This document shows positions 27,722 through 40,111 of a stretch of 64,000 nucleotides of DNA, one piece after another (within the stretch, counting starts at the first letter, position 1; each line of letters starts with the position of its first letter). Both the position numbers and the translations under genes were made by a program. The stretch covers positions 11,955 to 75,954 of the forward strand of contig JAJPKP010000061.1 in assembly GCA_021323675.1 (NCBI GenBank), read 5' to 3'. The stretch comes from Pseudomonadota bacterium. Lineage in GTDB: Bacteria > Desulfobacterota > Binatia > Binatales > Binataceae. The notes beneath the pieces were generated by a model. The model was given only the letters and a program-made list of their open reading frames with translations. It searched no databases and was not told the DNA's origin.

Positions 27722-28594
27722 TCACAGGCAGGATTCGACAAAGTCGATGATCGCGTTGGCGGTTTCCGACGGGTTGTCCAGCGGCACGTGATGGAAAGCG
27801 CGCGGAATTTCCTTCATCACCGAGTGCCTGATTTTCCCGTGCATCCGGCGCGCCTGCCTTGGTCTGACGAGCGTGCTTTCCGCGCCGCGCAGGATCAGCA
27901 CCGGCATCCTGAGCTTCTTAATCTGAGGCTTGCGGGTGCGGCCTTCGACTTTTCGCCATGCGCGGGTGTTGGGATCGAGCCGAAACGCCCATTTGCCGTT
28001 GGGCAATTCTTCCGAACCCAGCATCGCGAGCCTTTCGAGGTCTTCTTTGGCCAGATAGGTTCCGGGGGGCTGAAGGCGGAACTTGCGTTTGATCGCCTCG
28101 GATGAGTCCAGTTCGGGCCGCACACCGCCCTGGGCCTTGCGGCGCCATCGCCACATCAGGCGGCGGAAGAGCGGGGGAGGTCCGTGAGGCGCATCGACGA
28201 TTACCAGCGCCTCGAGAAGATCCGGATAGGTGGTTGCGACCCACTGCGCGACCGCTCCTCCCATCGAGTGTCCGACGAGGATGACGCGTGTTCCCAGATG
28301 CTCGATCATCCCGCGCACGTCGCGCGTGTACCATTGCGGACCGTAGTGGGGAGGGTTTGCCCACGAACTGCGTCCGTGACCGCGGAAGTCCAATGCGATC
28401 GTACGCCCGTGCGGCACGAGCAGGGGCGCAACCGTGTCCCACCAATGGACGTGCGCAGCGCCGCCATGAAGCAGAAGAAAGGTGTGTTTTTCCGGGTCTC
28501 CGCCCCAGTCCAGGTAGTGAAGTTTTACGCTATCGACTTCTACGAACCGGCTGGTCGGCTCCGGCCATGCGGTAGCCGCTTGCTGATGAGCCAT
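27722..28594 (-). CDS. alpha/beta hydrolase
   Basis: 'LLLHGGAAH', 'GHSMGG' nucleophile elbow. Start set at 'MAHQQA'. Table ORF runs to 28630. Confidence 0.75.
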   Translation of the reverse strand: MAHQQAATAWPEPTSRFVEVDSVKLHYLDWGGDPEKHTFLLLHGGAAHVHWWDTVAPLLVPHGRTIALDFRGHGRSSWANPPHYGPQWYTRDVRGMIEHLGTRVILVGHSMGGAVAQWVATTYPDLLEALVIVDAPHGPPPLFRRLMWRWRRKAQGGVRPELDSSEAIKRKFRLQPPGTYLAKEDLERLAMLGSEELPNGKWAFRLDPNTRAWRKVEGRTRKPQIKKLRMPVLILRGAESTLVRPRQARRMHGKIRHSVMKEIPRAFHHVPLDNPSETANAIIDFVESCL

Positions 28595-28716
28595 GACGCT
28601 AAATCCTAATGGAGGCAGGCAAGCGAGCAAAGAATGCGTCCACTGGCGGGCGTGCCCGCGTGCATGGTAACAAACCGATCGGATCGCGCAGCGCGCGATC
28701 CGACTGGAGCAATACG

Positions 28717-29505
28717 ATGAGCTTGAGACTTGAAGGAAAGAACGCGTTGATTACCGGCGGCGCCAGCGGCATCGGCCGCGCCACCGCGGTCCGTTTCGCC
28801 GAGGAAGGCGCCAACGTGTTTGTCGCCGATCGCCATCTCGCGGCAGCCGAGGAGACCGCGGCCAAGGTGCGCGCGCTCGGCCGCAAGGCCGTCGCTCACC
28901 AGGTCGATACCAGTGCGGAAAAGGAAGTCGCCGCGATGGTCGATCGATGCGTGGCGGAGCTGGGCGGCGTGGATGTGCTGGTCGCGGCGGCAGGAATCTC
29001 TCACGCCCGCTACGGGGAAGAGGGGAATCCCGCGATGGGACCGCTTGCGGAGAAGCCGCTGGCAGACTGGAAGAAAGTGCTGAGCGTCAATCTCGACGGC
29101 GTCTTTCTTACCGACAGGGAGGTCGCGCGCGTGATGATCAAGGCCGGCAAGGGCGGCCGAATCATCAATATCTCCTCCGGCGCCGCCAAGCTTCCGACGC
29201 CCGGTGTCGGCGAATATTCAGTGAGCAAGGCGGGCGTCTGGATGTTGACCAAGGTGCTTGCGGTCGAGCTGGCGCCCTATGGAATCACCGCCAACGCCAT
29301 CGGCCCGGGCTTCATCAACACTCCGATGACGGCGAATATCCAGCAGGCCGAAGGCTTCATGAAACAGCTCATCGAGCGAGTGCCGCTCAAGAAGATGGGC
29401 GAGCCCATCGATGTCGCGAACACGGCGCTGTTTCTGGCGAGCGAGGAGGGGCGTTACTACACCGGATCGATACTCCATCCTGATGGCGGAGTAGTGATGC
29501 AGTGA
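28717..29505 (+). CDS. SDR family oxidoreductase (3-oxoacyl-ACP reductase-like)
   Basis: 'TGGASGIGRA' cofactor motif. 'YSVSKAGV' catalytic YxxxK. Start by table offset. Confidence 0.85.
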   Translation: MSLRLEGKNALITGGASGIGRATAVRFAEEGANVFVADRHLAAAEETAAKVRALGRKAVAHQVDTSAEKEVAAMVDRCVAELGGVDVLVAAAGISHARYGEEGNPAMGPLAEKPLADWKKVLSVNLDGVFLTDREVARVMIKAGKGGRIINISSGAAKLPTPGVGEYSVSKAGVWMLTKVLAVELAPYGITANAIGPGFINTPMTANIQQAEGFMKQLIERVPLKKMGEPIDVANTALFLASEEGRYYTGSILHPDGGVVMQ

Positions 29506-29972
29506 GTCTGGACCCGAGCGGGCTGGCGCGGGCATCCGGCATCGTGTCGCGACTTGCGGCCGCGATGCTCGCGCTGGCGGTCGCCATCTGCATCGCGGCG
29601 GGCGAAGCCGCCGCGCAGGACAGCAATCCTCCGATGGCGGGCGGTCCGGCCGAGGCCGGGGCGCCCGGAGCGAATTCGTCGCCATCGATCGATTTTCCGC
29701 ATCTTCCGCGGATGGTGGTCGAAGCGGTTCCATCTTACGGCATCGCGCCGCTGACCGTGGGGTTTATGGTCTCGAACGCGAATCCGCTTTCGAGCCCGTT
29801 TGTCAGCTATCGATGGACTTTTGGTGATGGCCAGTTTTCGACGCTGCCGCCGACGCTGTTCTTTCACACCTACACAAAACCCGGCAGCTACGTCATCGAG
29901 GTGACCGGAACAACCGCGGACGGCCTGAATTCAACCGGCGTGGCCGGGGTGGTCGTGCGTGCCGGTCCCTGA
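29502..29972 (+). CDS. PKD domain-containing secreted protein
   Basis: GTG start overlapping the SDR stop (GTGA). Signal peptide. 'PLTVGF...WTFGDG...HTYTKPGSYVIEVTGTTADG' matches the PKD consensus. Confidence 0.6.
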   Translation: MSLDPSGLARASGIVSRLAAAMLALAVAICIAAGEAAAQDSNPPMAGGPAEAGAPGANSSPSIDFPHLPRMVVEAVPSYGIAPLTVGFMVSNANPLSSPFVSYRWTFGDGQFSTLPPTLFFHTYTKPGSYVIEVTGTTADGLNSTGVAGVVVRAGP

Positions 29973-30035
29973 TCGTCCATATGCGGTCTGCCGGCATTGA
30001 CAGCGGGGACGGTTCGCTGAGTATGGTGTAGCGCC

Positions 30036-30524
30036 ATGACGGCACATTCCCTTCCTGTCCGGCTGTTCCCGCTTATCTTCGTTTTCGCGCTCGCAGCGGC
30101 CTCATGCCAGTCGGCGGCACTTCAGGCGAACCAGACCCAGATCGAGCAGCAACAGGAGCAGATCGAGCAGATGCAGAGGGAGATCGCGACGCTCAAGGCG
30201 CAGCAGAGCTACGCGACCCCGATGCCGCCGCCGGGTTCCTGCGATCGCGATGTCATGGCGAAAGCCACGCGGCAGGGCGGAGAAAAGTACGCATCCGGCG
30301 ACTACTCGAAGGCGCTCGGCTACTATCAGGACGCATTGTCGGCCTGCCCCGGAGACGCGCGAGCCGAGTTGAACGTCGGGCGCGCATATGAGGCGCTGAA
30401 CGATCGCGAGCACGCGCTTGACTACTATCAACGCGCGGCATCGAGTGGCGACCCAGCCGAAAAAGATGCCGAGACCGAGGCGCATGCGGACCTGGATCGT
30501 CTGGGCGGGGCACTCGGTAGATAG
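30036..30524 (+). CDS. TPR-repeat lipoprotein with Q-rich coiled coil
   Basis: Lipobox 'LAAASC'. 'QANQTQIEQQQEQIEQMQREIATLKAQQ' coiled coil. TPR-like 'ALGYYQDALSACPGDARAELNVGRAYEALNDREHALDYYQRA'. Confidence 0.6.
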   Translation: MTAHSLPVRLFPLIFVFALAAASCQSAALQANQTQIEQQQEQIEQMQREIATLKAQQSYATPMPPPGSCDRDVMAKATRQGGEKYASGDYSKALGYYQDALSACPGDARAELNVGRAYEALNDREHALDYYQRAASSGDPAEKDAETEAHADLDRLGGALGR

Positions 30525-30682
30525 ACCCTCCGCTCTTCCATTGCGGCCATCGTTAAGAAATTGGGAACCAAGTTCGCGGGTTTGTTGTTAACCGCGTTAG
30601 GGATGGTCTCATCGCGGTCGATGAGCGAACCTGGCGGCGCGGTTTTCGCCCTGGGTTCGTATTCCTCCCGGCGGAATAAGGA

Positions 30683-31138
30683 ATGGGCGGCACGGTACAG
30701 TACGGATCAGACGCGATCCTCGACGGCGTCATCGGGTTGCATCAGATACTTCCGAGCCAGTTTTATGACAATTCCGGGGGGCATCGCCTGACCGGCGAGC
30801 AGCGGTTGATGCTCGCGTTGCTGGCGGATGCCATAAACGTGTATCAGCAGGGGGTCACATCGCGCAGCACGCGCAAGCGGCTCCTTTACGTTGATTCAGA
30901 GCGATGGATAATGGCTGAGAGCCCCAATCGGTACTGCTTCAGCTTCGAGAATGTTTGCGAATCGCTCGGAATCAACCCGGCCGTACTGCGGCGGCGGATG
31001 ATCGCATGGAAGCATGCGATGCGACGCGGCTCGGCCGCGGCCAACACCAGCCAGCATCTCCGGCTCAAAATAACGCCTCGAGCCAAAGGGATGAGCCAGC
31101 GGCGCCATCGTTCCCGATCGCGGCGTATCGCGGTCTGA
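30683..31138 (+). CDS. hypothetical protein
   Basis: 151 aa. Preceded by ~160 bp lower-GC DNA. Basic C-terminus. No motif recognised. Confidence 0.3.
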   Translation: MGGTVQYGSDAILDGVIGLHQILPSQFYDNSGGHRLTGEQRLMLALLADAINVYQQGVTSRSTRKRLLYVDSERWIMAESPNRYCFSFENVCESLGINPAVLRRRMIAWKHAMRRGSAAANTSQHLRLKITPRAKGMSQRRHRSRSRRIAV

Positions 31139-31318
31139 CGCACGGCGGTCCGGCATCCCGGCGGAATCTGGCCTGGTTGCTGGATTTAGCCGCCCGGTCG
31201 TTATATTCATCGCATGCGGCCCGGTTGTGGCGGAGGTTTCGCCGCATCGGATCGTTTGACTCGTCCCCGCTCGCCGTCAAATCGACGCGGCCCGGCCGGT
31301 GCAAAGTCCAGCTAAGGA

Positions 31319-32107
31319 GTGAACAGGTTGAAGGATCCATTCAGCGTTGAAGACAAAGTAACGATCGTAACCGGCGGAGGGACGGGTATCGGCGAGTCTA
31401 TCGCCAAGGAATTCGCCCAGCGTGGCGCGCCGGTGCTTATCGCAAGCCGCAAGGTCGAAAATCTCGAGAAGGTCCGCGACGAAATTCGCAAAGCGGGTGG
31501 CAAGTGCGAGATCGCGCAGTGCGATGTTCGCGATGCGGCCCAGTGCGATGCGATGGTGGCCGAGGCCGTAAAGCACTTCGGCCGGCTCGATGTGCTCATC
31601 AACAACCACGGCGCCAGCATCACCACTCCCAGCCTGAACCTCTCGCCGAACGGATGGCGCGCGGTGGTCGGAATAAATCTCGACGGGGTGTTCTTTTGCT
31701 CTCGCGCCGCGGCGCGCCAGTTTATGGCGCAGAAGTCCGGCGGCTCGATCATCAATATTTCCTCGACCGCCGGCGTGCATGGATCGCCCGAGATGCTTCC
31801 GTACGGAGCCTCCAAGGCGGGCGTCATCAATCTGACCGTCTCTCACGCGGGCGAGTGGGGCTCTCACGGTATCCGCGTCAATTGCATCGCCCCCGGCCCT
31901 ATCGATACCGAAGGGGCGGCGCCGCGGGTATGGCCGAATCCGAAGGTCAAGGAGATGGTCGCGCGGTCGCGGGCTCTGCAGCGGTTTGGGCGCGTGGAAG
32001 AGATCGCTTACCCGTGTATTTTCCTGGCCTCGGAGGCGGCGAGCTACGTGACGGGAGCGCTGTTGATTGTCGATGGCGGCCAGGCCCCCCGCAACGTCGA
32101 AGGATAA
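31319..32107 (+). CDS. SDR family oxidoreductase
   Basis: 'VTGGGTGIGESIA' cofactor motif. 'YGASKAGV' YxxxK. GTG at 31319. A TTG at 31328 is better spaced from the AAGGAG RBS. Confidence 0.85.
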   Translation: MNRLKDPFSVEDKVTIVTGGGTGIGESIAKEFAQRGAPVLIASRKVENLEKVRDEIRKAGGKCEIAQCDVRDAAQCDAMVAEAVKHFGRLDVLINNHGASITTPSLNLSPNGWRAVVGINLDGVFFCSRAAARQFMAQKSGGSIINISSTAGVHGSPEMLPYGASKAGVINLTVSHAGEWGSHGIRVNCIAPGPIDTEGAAPRVWPNPKVKEMVARSRALQRFGRVEEIAYPCIFLASEAASYVTGALLIVDGGQAPRNVEG

Positions 32108-32259
32108 GCGGGAGGGAGACACCATCGTCCGGCGCGCGATGCTTGTGGCGCGCGGCCCGGTCGTGGTACGGCAATTCCGGGACGTTCCGGAAGAGGAGGG
32201 TGCAAATCCGCGCCTTTCGGAAGCCTTGGTTGTACACTTTCAAATGAGAGGAACGCAGG

Positions 32260-32718
32260 ATGGCCGACAAAAGCATCATCGGCAAGACGGGCAAACCGTT
32301 CAAAATGCCTATCGAATGGAGCAAGGTGCGCGAGTTTGCGCGTGCGATAAAAGACCCGGATCCAGTCTACTTCGACCCTGAAAAGGCAAAGAAGGAGTTG
32401 GGGGGAATTCCGGTTCCGGTCACCTTCCTGCAGACCAGCGCCTTCTGGACCGAGGCCGACTCGAGCCCCGGATTCGGCGGCTTCGATCTGCGCCGCATCC
32501 TGCACGGTGAGCAGGAGTTCGAATTTTTCAAGCCGATCTTCGTGGGCGACGTACTGACCGGCGTGAGCAAGGTCGCCGATGTTTACGAGAAAGAGGGCGG
32601 CCGCGGCGGAAAGATGACGTTTCTTGTCACCGAGATTGAATATACGAACCAGCGCGGCGAGAAGGTCGCGGTATCGCGCTCCACGCTGATCGAGACGGGC
32701 CAGGCGGTCAAGGCGTAG
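32260..32718 (+). CDS. MaoC-like hotdog protein, N-terminal (non-catalytic) half of a split (R)-specific enoyl-CoA hydratase/dehydratase
   Basis: 152 aa. FAS1-DH/MaoC N-terminal-like hotdog. Immediately followed by the catalytic MaoC subunit. Confidence 0.65.
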   Translation: MADKSIIGKTGKPFKMPIEWSKVREFARAIKDPDPVYFDPEKAKKELGGIPVPVTFLQTSAFWTEADSSPGFGGFDLRRILHGEQEFEFFKPIFVGDVLTGVSKVADVYEKEGGRGGKMTFLVTEIEYTNQRGEKVAVSRSTLIETGQAVKA

Positions 32719-32746
32719 TGACCGTCCAACGTTCGGAGAAAGCATC

Positions 32747-33169
32747 ATGGCAGCAAAACTGAAATACGATTCGGTGAAGGTGGGCGACGAAATTCCGAAG
32801 TTCGTGGTCGAGGGGGTTTCCCGGCCCGACTTTGTTCGATACGCGGGCGCATCGGGCGATTTCGTTCCTCTCCACTACGATCAAACGTTCGTTGAGGCGG
32901 CGGGTATCCCCACCGTATTCGCGCAGGGAATGTTCACGGCCGGTCTGCTCTCGAAAGCGTTGACGGATTGGGTGGGAATCGGCAACGTGCGCCAGTTCAA
33001 GGTGCGTTTTGCGACCCGGGTGTGGCCGGGCGACACGGTGACCTGCACCGGCAAGGTTACCAACAAGCTGGAGAAGGACGGCGAAAAGCTCATCGAAGGC
33101 GACCTTGTAGTCGTCAACCAGAAGGGCGAGCCGGCCATTCGCGGTTCCTTCCGCGCGGCGGCCGGGTAG
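32747..33169 (+). CDS. MaoC family dehydratase (hotdog fold)
   Basis: 140 aa. 'ASGDFVPLHYDQTFVEAAGIP...VFAQGMF' carries the MaoC catalytic D/H hydratase motif. Confidence 0.8.
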   Translation: MAAKLKYDSVKVGDEIPKFVVEGVSRPDFVRYAGASGDFVPLHYDQTFVEAAGIPTVFAQGMFTAGLLSKALTDWVGIGNVRQFKVRFATRVWPGDTVTCTGKVTNKLEKDGEKLIEGDLVVVNQKGEPAIRGSFRAAAG

Positions 33170-33269
33170 CCGCTGCTACCGGGCCTCAGTGCCCTCATTT
33201 GATTGTTGATTGTCGGCGGGCGGGTGGTCTTTCGGCCATCCGCCCGCCCGCGCTAAACAAGATCATACG

Positions 33270-34720
33270 ATGTCGGAACCGCGTTACATCATCATTCACG
33301 GCCATTTCTATCAGCCGCCGCGGGAGAGTCCCTGGACCGGCCTTATCAGTCCGGAACCCGGCGCGGCGCCGTTTCCCAACTGGAACGAGCGCATCCTGAG
33401 CGAGTGCTACACGGCCAATGCCCATGCGCATACGATGGAGGGCACGGTCGTTCACGTCCGCAACAACTACGAAACGATCAACTTCGACCTCGGACCCACG
33501 CTTGCGGTCTGGATGCAGGGGCATGGCAAGGCGGCGTATCGCGCGATGCTGCGTGGCGACGCGCTGTCTCGCGAGCGCCTGAGCGGTCACGGCAACGCGA
33601 TCGCGCAGGCGTACAACCATTCGATTCTGCCACTTCTGTCCGCACGCGACCGCGAACTGCAGATAGCATGGGGCATCGAAGACTTCGTTTTCCGGTTCGA
33701 TCGCCGTCCGATCGGGATGTGGCTGCCCGAGTGCGCTGCAGATGATGACACGCTTGCGGCGGTCGCCGCGGCAGGAATCAAGTTCGTTCTCCTCGGTCCG
33801 GAGCAGGGGCAATATCAGGGTGAGGATTCCGGTACTCGCGCCGCGGGTCCGTTTCTATGGAGCAATGGCGCGGCCGAGGTTGCGGTCTTCCGCTTCGATC
33901 GCGAGATGTCCGGGACGGTTTCGTTTGGCGAAGGACTCGACGATGGCGCCCGGCTTGCCGAATGGATAGCTGCCACCGCGCTGGCGCTGCCCGAAGGGTC
34001 CGCGCTGATGATTGCGACCGACGGAGAAACCTTCGGACATCACAAGAAGAAGGGAGCCGCGGAACTGGCGCGCGCGCTGATCCTGCTGCAGCGTCGTCAC
34101 GACGTAGTTGTCACCAATTGCGAGCAATATCTGGCCGAGCACGGGGCGCGCGGGAAATTCTCCATCAATGGCGCGAGTTCGTGGAGCTGCGCGCATGGCG
34201 TCGAGCGATGGCGATCGGAGTGCGGATGCCGCCTCGAAGCCGGGACGCGCCAGGACTGGCGCCTGCCGCTGCGCGAAGCGATGGAGTTCGTCAACAACCA
34301 CGGCGCGGCGGTGTACGACCGGTTCGCTCCCGGGCTGGTCAAAGACCATCAGGGCGCGCTGCGCCGGGCAATTCGATTGCTGATCGATCCGAATCCCGCC
34401 GTGCACGAGGAATTCTTCATCAAGTTCGGCGTCGCCGGCGAAGTGTCGCGTGAACGGCTGCTGCGTCTGTTCGATATGGCGCGCTGCGGGCAGGCATCGC
34501 TGACTAGCTGTGCATGGTTCTTTGATGATTTTGGCGGGCCGGAGGGACGCGTGGCGCTGCGCTGGGCGGCTCGGGCGGTGGAACTTGCGGCCGAGCTCGC
34601 CCCAAGCATCGAGAGCCAGCTTCTGGAGCGGCTGCGGGAGATCCGGTCGAATCGGCACGAAATCGGCGACGCGGCTACCCTGTACTTGAGCCTAAAAACG
34701 CGCGAAGCGCGCGGGAGGGT

Positions 34721-34724
<4 letters not shown>
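33270..34724 (+). CDS. glycoside hydrolase family 57-like protein (DUF3536)
   Basis: N-terminus '[17 protein letters not shown]', as recalled for GH57/DUF3536 proteins. 4-nt overlap with acs. Start by table offset. Confidence 0.65.
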
Positions 34725-36685
<1,961 letters not shown>

Positions 36686-36705
36686 GACGGCGCGCGGTCG
36701 CGCGG

Positions 36706-37956
36706 TTATCCCAAAAACCGCTTGAGAAACGAAAGGCAGCGATGCCAGGAATCCAGGTTGGCGATGTGATTCGCCTCCGGACTGCCGCCAAGCGCCATCG
36801 TGACTCCGGTGAGCGGGTGCGAAATCTCGCTGATTACTGGACTGTACGGGAAGCGGATGAAATGGCCGGCGCCGGCGTAGCTTACGTGCTCGTACGGATG
36901 AGGGAAGTCGCGATCGATCATCCGCTGCACGGCCAGGTCGGCGAGATTCAGCGACGGCCACATCTGGTCGTCCGTTCCTGAGAACATCAGAACCGGCCCG
37001 CCGATCCTTTCGACCGCGATCGACGCTCGCGCGACGCTGTCGCGGTTCGCGATCGCTTCGGCAAACCACGATCTGAGGGCGACCGGGCGCCTGCTCCATA
37101 GGGAAGGATCAGGCGGCGGGGCCTCCATGAATTCAACCGCTTTGCCGCCTGAGGTCCATGCCGGCCTGACGGGTCCCGGCGAGCCAATTCCGGGCCATAC
37201 GACGCCGCTCGGCACGTATGCGACCACGGCCTTTATCTCCTCGAAGGTTGCGCCGAGCAGAAGCGCAAGTTCGCCGCCGCGCGATGCGCCAATCACCGCT
37301 ATGCGGTTGGCATCGACAGCCGGATTTCGTTTCATCCAGGCGATCGCCCGTTGGAAGTATTCGAGAGGAATCTCGATAAGCTCCTGCGGCAATCCGGGCA
37401 TCAGGAAATAACCAAGCGATAAAACCGCGTAGCCATGGCTTGCCAGCAGGGCAGGTTGATCCTCGGCGAGTCCACCGCCGGATCCGCTGAGCATGATGAT
37501 ACCGGGACGCGGGCCCGTCTCGTGGCGGAAGAACGTTGCGACGAGACCCTCATCGCGCAGGTCTTCGCGAATCACGCCGCTTACGAGCATCCGGCGGACC
37601 AGATCGACCGAAGCCGCTTCGGCGCCATCTATTTCCGCCGAAAGCCGTACGCGGATGGCGTCAGGACGCGTAACGGCGAAGGCTGTCCGCTCGGCAACAT
37701 CGCGCGCGAGCTGCATCGACCATAGCAAGCCGTTGGGGTCGGAATTCTGATACGTGCCGGACTCGGGTGGAACGATGGAGAGGTCCACGACGCCATCGGG
37801 GTTGGCAAGGAATGCCGCGTCGGAGTTCCAGTGATGGTTTCGCCCGTCTATCGCCGAGGCTCTGAGGGTGATCCGGCGCAAAGCAGGGAAGCCGCTGAGC
37901 CGTATGCGGATCGGCTCGTCGTACATCGCGTCCAGCGGCGCCGCTTCAATCTTCAT
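36706..37956 (-). CDS. acyl-CoA thioester hydrolase / BAAT-family protein
   Basis: 416 aa. N-terminal Bile_Hydr_Trans-like domain. C-terminal alpha/beta hydrolase 'GASRGGELALLLG' with DLH fold. Confidence 0.65.
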   Translation of the reverse strand: MKIEAAPLDAMYDEPIRIRLSGFPALRRITLRASAIDGRNHHWNSDAAFLANPDGVVDLSIVPPESGTYQNSDPNGLLWSMQLARDVAERTAFAVTRPDAIRVRLSAEIDGAEAASVDLVRRMLVSGVIREDLRDEGLVATFFRHETGPRPGIIMLSGSGGGLAEDQPALLASHGYAVLSLGYFLMPGLPQELIEIPLEYFQRAIAWMKRNPAVDANRIAVIGASRGGELALLLGATFEEIKAVVAYVPSGVVWPGIGSPGPVRPAWTSGGKAVEFMEAPPPDPSLWSRRPVALRSWFAEAIANRDSVARASIAVERIGGPVLMFSGTDDQMWPSLNLADLAVQRMIDRDFPHPYEHVSYAGAGHFIRFPYSPVISEISHPLTGVTMALGGSPEANHIANLDSWHRCLSFLKRFLG

Positions 37957-38161
37957 CGATCCCGCATATCACAGGCCGAAGTGGGCTCAAACCCGCGGGA
38001 CGATTTGCCGGCGGGACCTCTGCAGGGCGGGAAAGAATACCCACCTTGCCGCCGTGGCGCGGTCGGGGTATCCTAGGGCATCCGAGTGGGCCTGTGCCCA
38101 CTTTTTTGTTGGCGTCATCGGGAAACATTGGCCTATTTGGCTGCGGGACGAAGCGCAAACG

Positions 38162-38647
38162 ATGATTGTAGTAGCGCTCCATCCGGTCGCAGCGAAGGTG
38201 GCGGAACTGCTGGAACCCCACATCGAGCGTCAGGGCTATGAACTGATCTCGGTCGAATACCGCAAGGGCACGCGCAGTTCCCTGCTGCGGCTGCTGGTGG
38301 ACAAGCCGGGCGGCGGGATCGGCCTTGATGATTTGGAGAAGCTGAGCCCGGTCCTCGGAGATTTGCTCGACGTATATGACCCTATCGAGGGTCGGTACAC
38401 GCTGGAGGTTTCGTCGCCGGGGTTGAACCGGCCGCTCCGCAAGCTGGAACATTTCGAGGCGGTGCGCGGCGAGCGGGTGAAGGTTCGGACCAATCGCGCG
38501 CACGATGGCCAGAAGTCCTTCACGGGCAGGCTGGTGGAGGTCGGTCCCTCGGGAATCGAATTGGACGACGAATCGAGCCGCAAGCGCGTAACGATCGCGT
38601 TCGCGGACATGCAGGAAGCCAACTACGAGTACGATTTTGGCGATTGA
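38162..38647 (+). CDS. rimP: ribosome maturation factor RimP
   Basis: ATG at 38162 'MIVVALHP'. 'YTLEVSSPGLNRPL' is the RimP signature. Confidence 0.85.
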   Translation: MIVVALHPVAAKVAELLEPHIERQGYELISVEYRKGTRSSLLRLLVDKPGGGIGLDDLEKLSPVLGDLLDVYDPIEGRYTLEVSSPGLNRPLRKLEHFEAVRGERVKVRTNRAHDGQKSFTGRLVEVGPSGIELDDESSRKRVTIAFADMQEANYEYDFGD

Positions 38648-38745
38648 ACTAAAAACTGGCGTCAATGCCCGCGGAGCGATTGCTCCAGCCGGCGTTTGCA
38701 TCGCGCAGTGGACTGGCGGAAGCGGTTACGCTTCAGGGAGGCGCT

Positions 38746-40107
38746 ATGCAGGTTGATCTGAATCGGGTCATCGAGCAGGTCTCCAAGGAAAAAGGCATCG
38801 ACAAATCGATCGTGATCAACGCGGTTGAGGAGATGATGCATTCGGCGGCGCGCCGGACGTTCGGCGCCGAACGCAACATCGAGTCGCGCTACAACAACGA
38901 ACTCGGCGAGATCGAGCTGTTCGAGATCAAAACCGTCGTCGAGAACGTGACCAATCCCTCGGCGGAGGCGACGCTCGAGGAGGCGCACGCCAAGTACGAT
39001 CCCGAGGCCCAGGTCGGTGACGAAATTCTGATCAAACTCGACACCGCCACGATGGGGCGCATCGCGGCGCAGGCGGCGAAGCAGAACCTCATCCAGCATA
39101 TTCGCGACGCCGAGCGCAAACAGATTTACAACGAGTTCAAGGATCGCAAAGGCGAGATCATCTCCGGAATCGTCCAACGCTTCGAGCGCAAGAACATGAT
39201 CGTCAACCTCGGACGCACCGAGGCGATCCTGCCCGAGAAGGAACAGATTCCGCACGAGCGCTACCGCCAGGGCGATCGCATCCGCGCGCTTATCCTTGAT
39301 GTTGACCTGTCGGAAAAGGGCCTTTCGATCGTGCTCTCGCGCACTTCCAACGACTTCCTGATCGGGTTGTTCACCCAGGAAGTGCCCGAGATGTACGAAG
39401 GCATCGTCGAGATCCGGCAATGCGCGCGCGAGCCGGGCGGACGCGCCAAGGTCGCCGTTTACTCGAAAGATTCCGACGTGGACCCGGTCGGCGCGTGCGT
39501 CGGCATGAAGGGCACCCGCGTCCAGGCGGTGGTTCAGGAACTGCGCGGAGAAAAGATCGATATCGTTCCGTGGACCGACGATCAGGCCGAACTGGTTTGC
39601 CGCGCGCTGGCGCCGGCCAAGGTCTCCAAGGTGATCATCGATGAGGACGAGCACGCGATGGAGGTGATCGTCCCCGACGATCAGCTCTCGCTCGCGATCG
39701 GCAAGCGCGGCCAGAACGTTCGCCTCGCGCATCGGCTCACCGGATGGAAACTCGACGTGCGCAGCGAGTCCGAAGCCGAAGAAGAGGCGCGAGCCGCGCG
39801 CGCATCGCTGAACGCGATTCCCGGCATCGGCGATATCAACGCCGAGCTTCTCTTCCAATGGGGCTTCCGTTCCGCGGAACAATTGGCGGAAGCCGACGAA
39901 GAGAACTTCGATGTCGAAGGAATAAGCCCCGAACGAGCCCGGCAGATCATCGCCGCCGCCCGCGCGCATGTCGCGGAGAAGCGCAGACAGGAAGAAGCGC
40001 GCGCGGCCGCGGAAGCCGAAGCAGACAAGGCGCGTGCAGCCGAAGCCGCGGAGGCGGCTGTCGAAGCGGCCGGCAAGGAGCCGGAAACCGCGGAACAAAA
40101 GTCCTGA
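38746..40107 (+). CDS. nusA: transcription termination/antitermination factor NusA (with Ala/Glu-rich C-terminal tail)
   Basis: S1 and two KH domains ('GACVGMKGTRVQAVVQEL', 'AIGKRGQNVRLA'). Confidence 0.9.
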   Translation: MQVDLNRVIEQVSKEKGIDKSIVINAVEEMMHSAARRTFGAERNIESRYNNELGEIELFEIKTVVENVTNPSAEATLEEAHAKYDPEAQVGDEILIKLDTATMGRIAAQAAKQNLIQHIRDAERKQIYNEFKDRKGEIISGIVQRFERKNMIVNLGRTEAILPEKEQIPHERYRQGDRIRALILDVDLSEKGLSIVLSRTSNDFLIGLFTQEVPEMYEGIVEIRQCAREPGGRAKVAVYSKDSDVDPVGACVGMKGTRVQAVVQELRGEKIDIVPWTDDQAELVCRALAPAKVSKVIIDEDEHAMEVIVPDDQLSLAIGKRGQNVRLAHRLTGWKLDVRSESEAEEEARAARASLNAIPGIGDINAELLFQWGFRSAEQLAEADEENFDVEGISPERARQIIAAARAHVAEKRRQEEARAAAEAEADKARAAEAAEAAVEAAGKEPETAEQKS

Positions 40108-40111
40108 GGGG

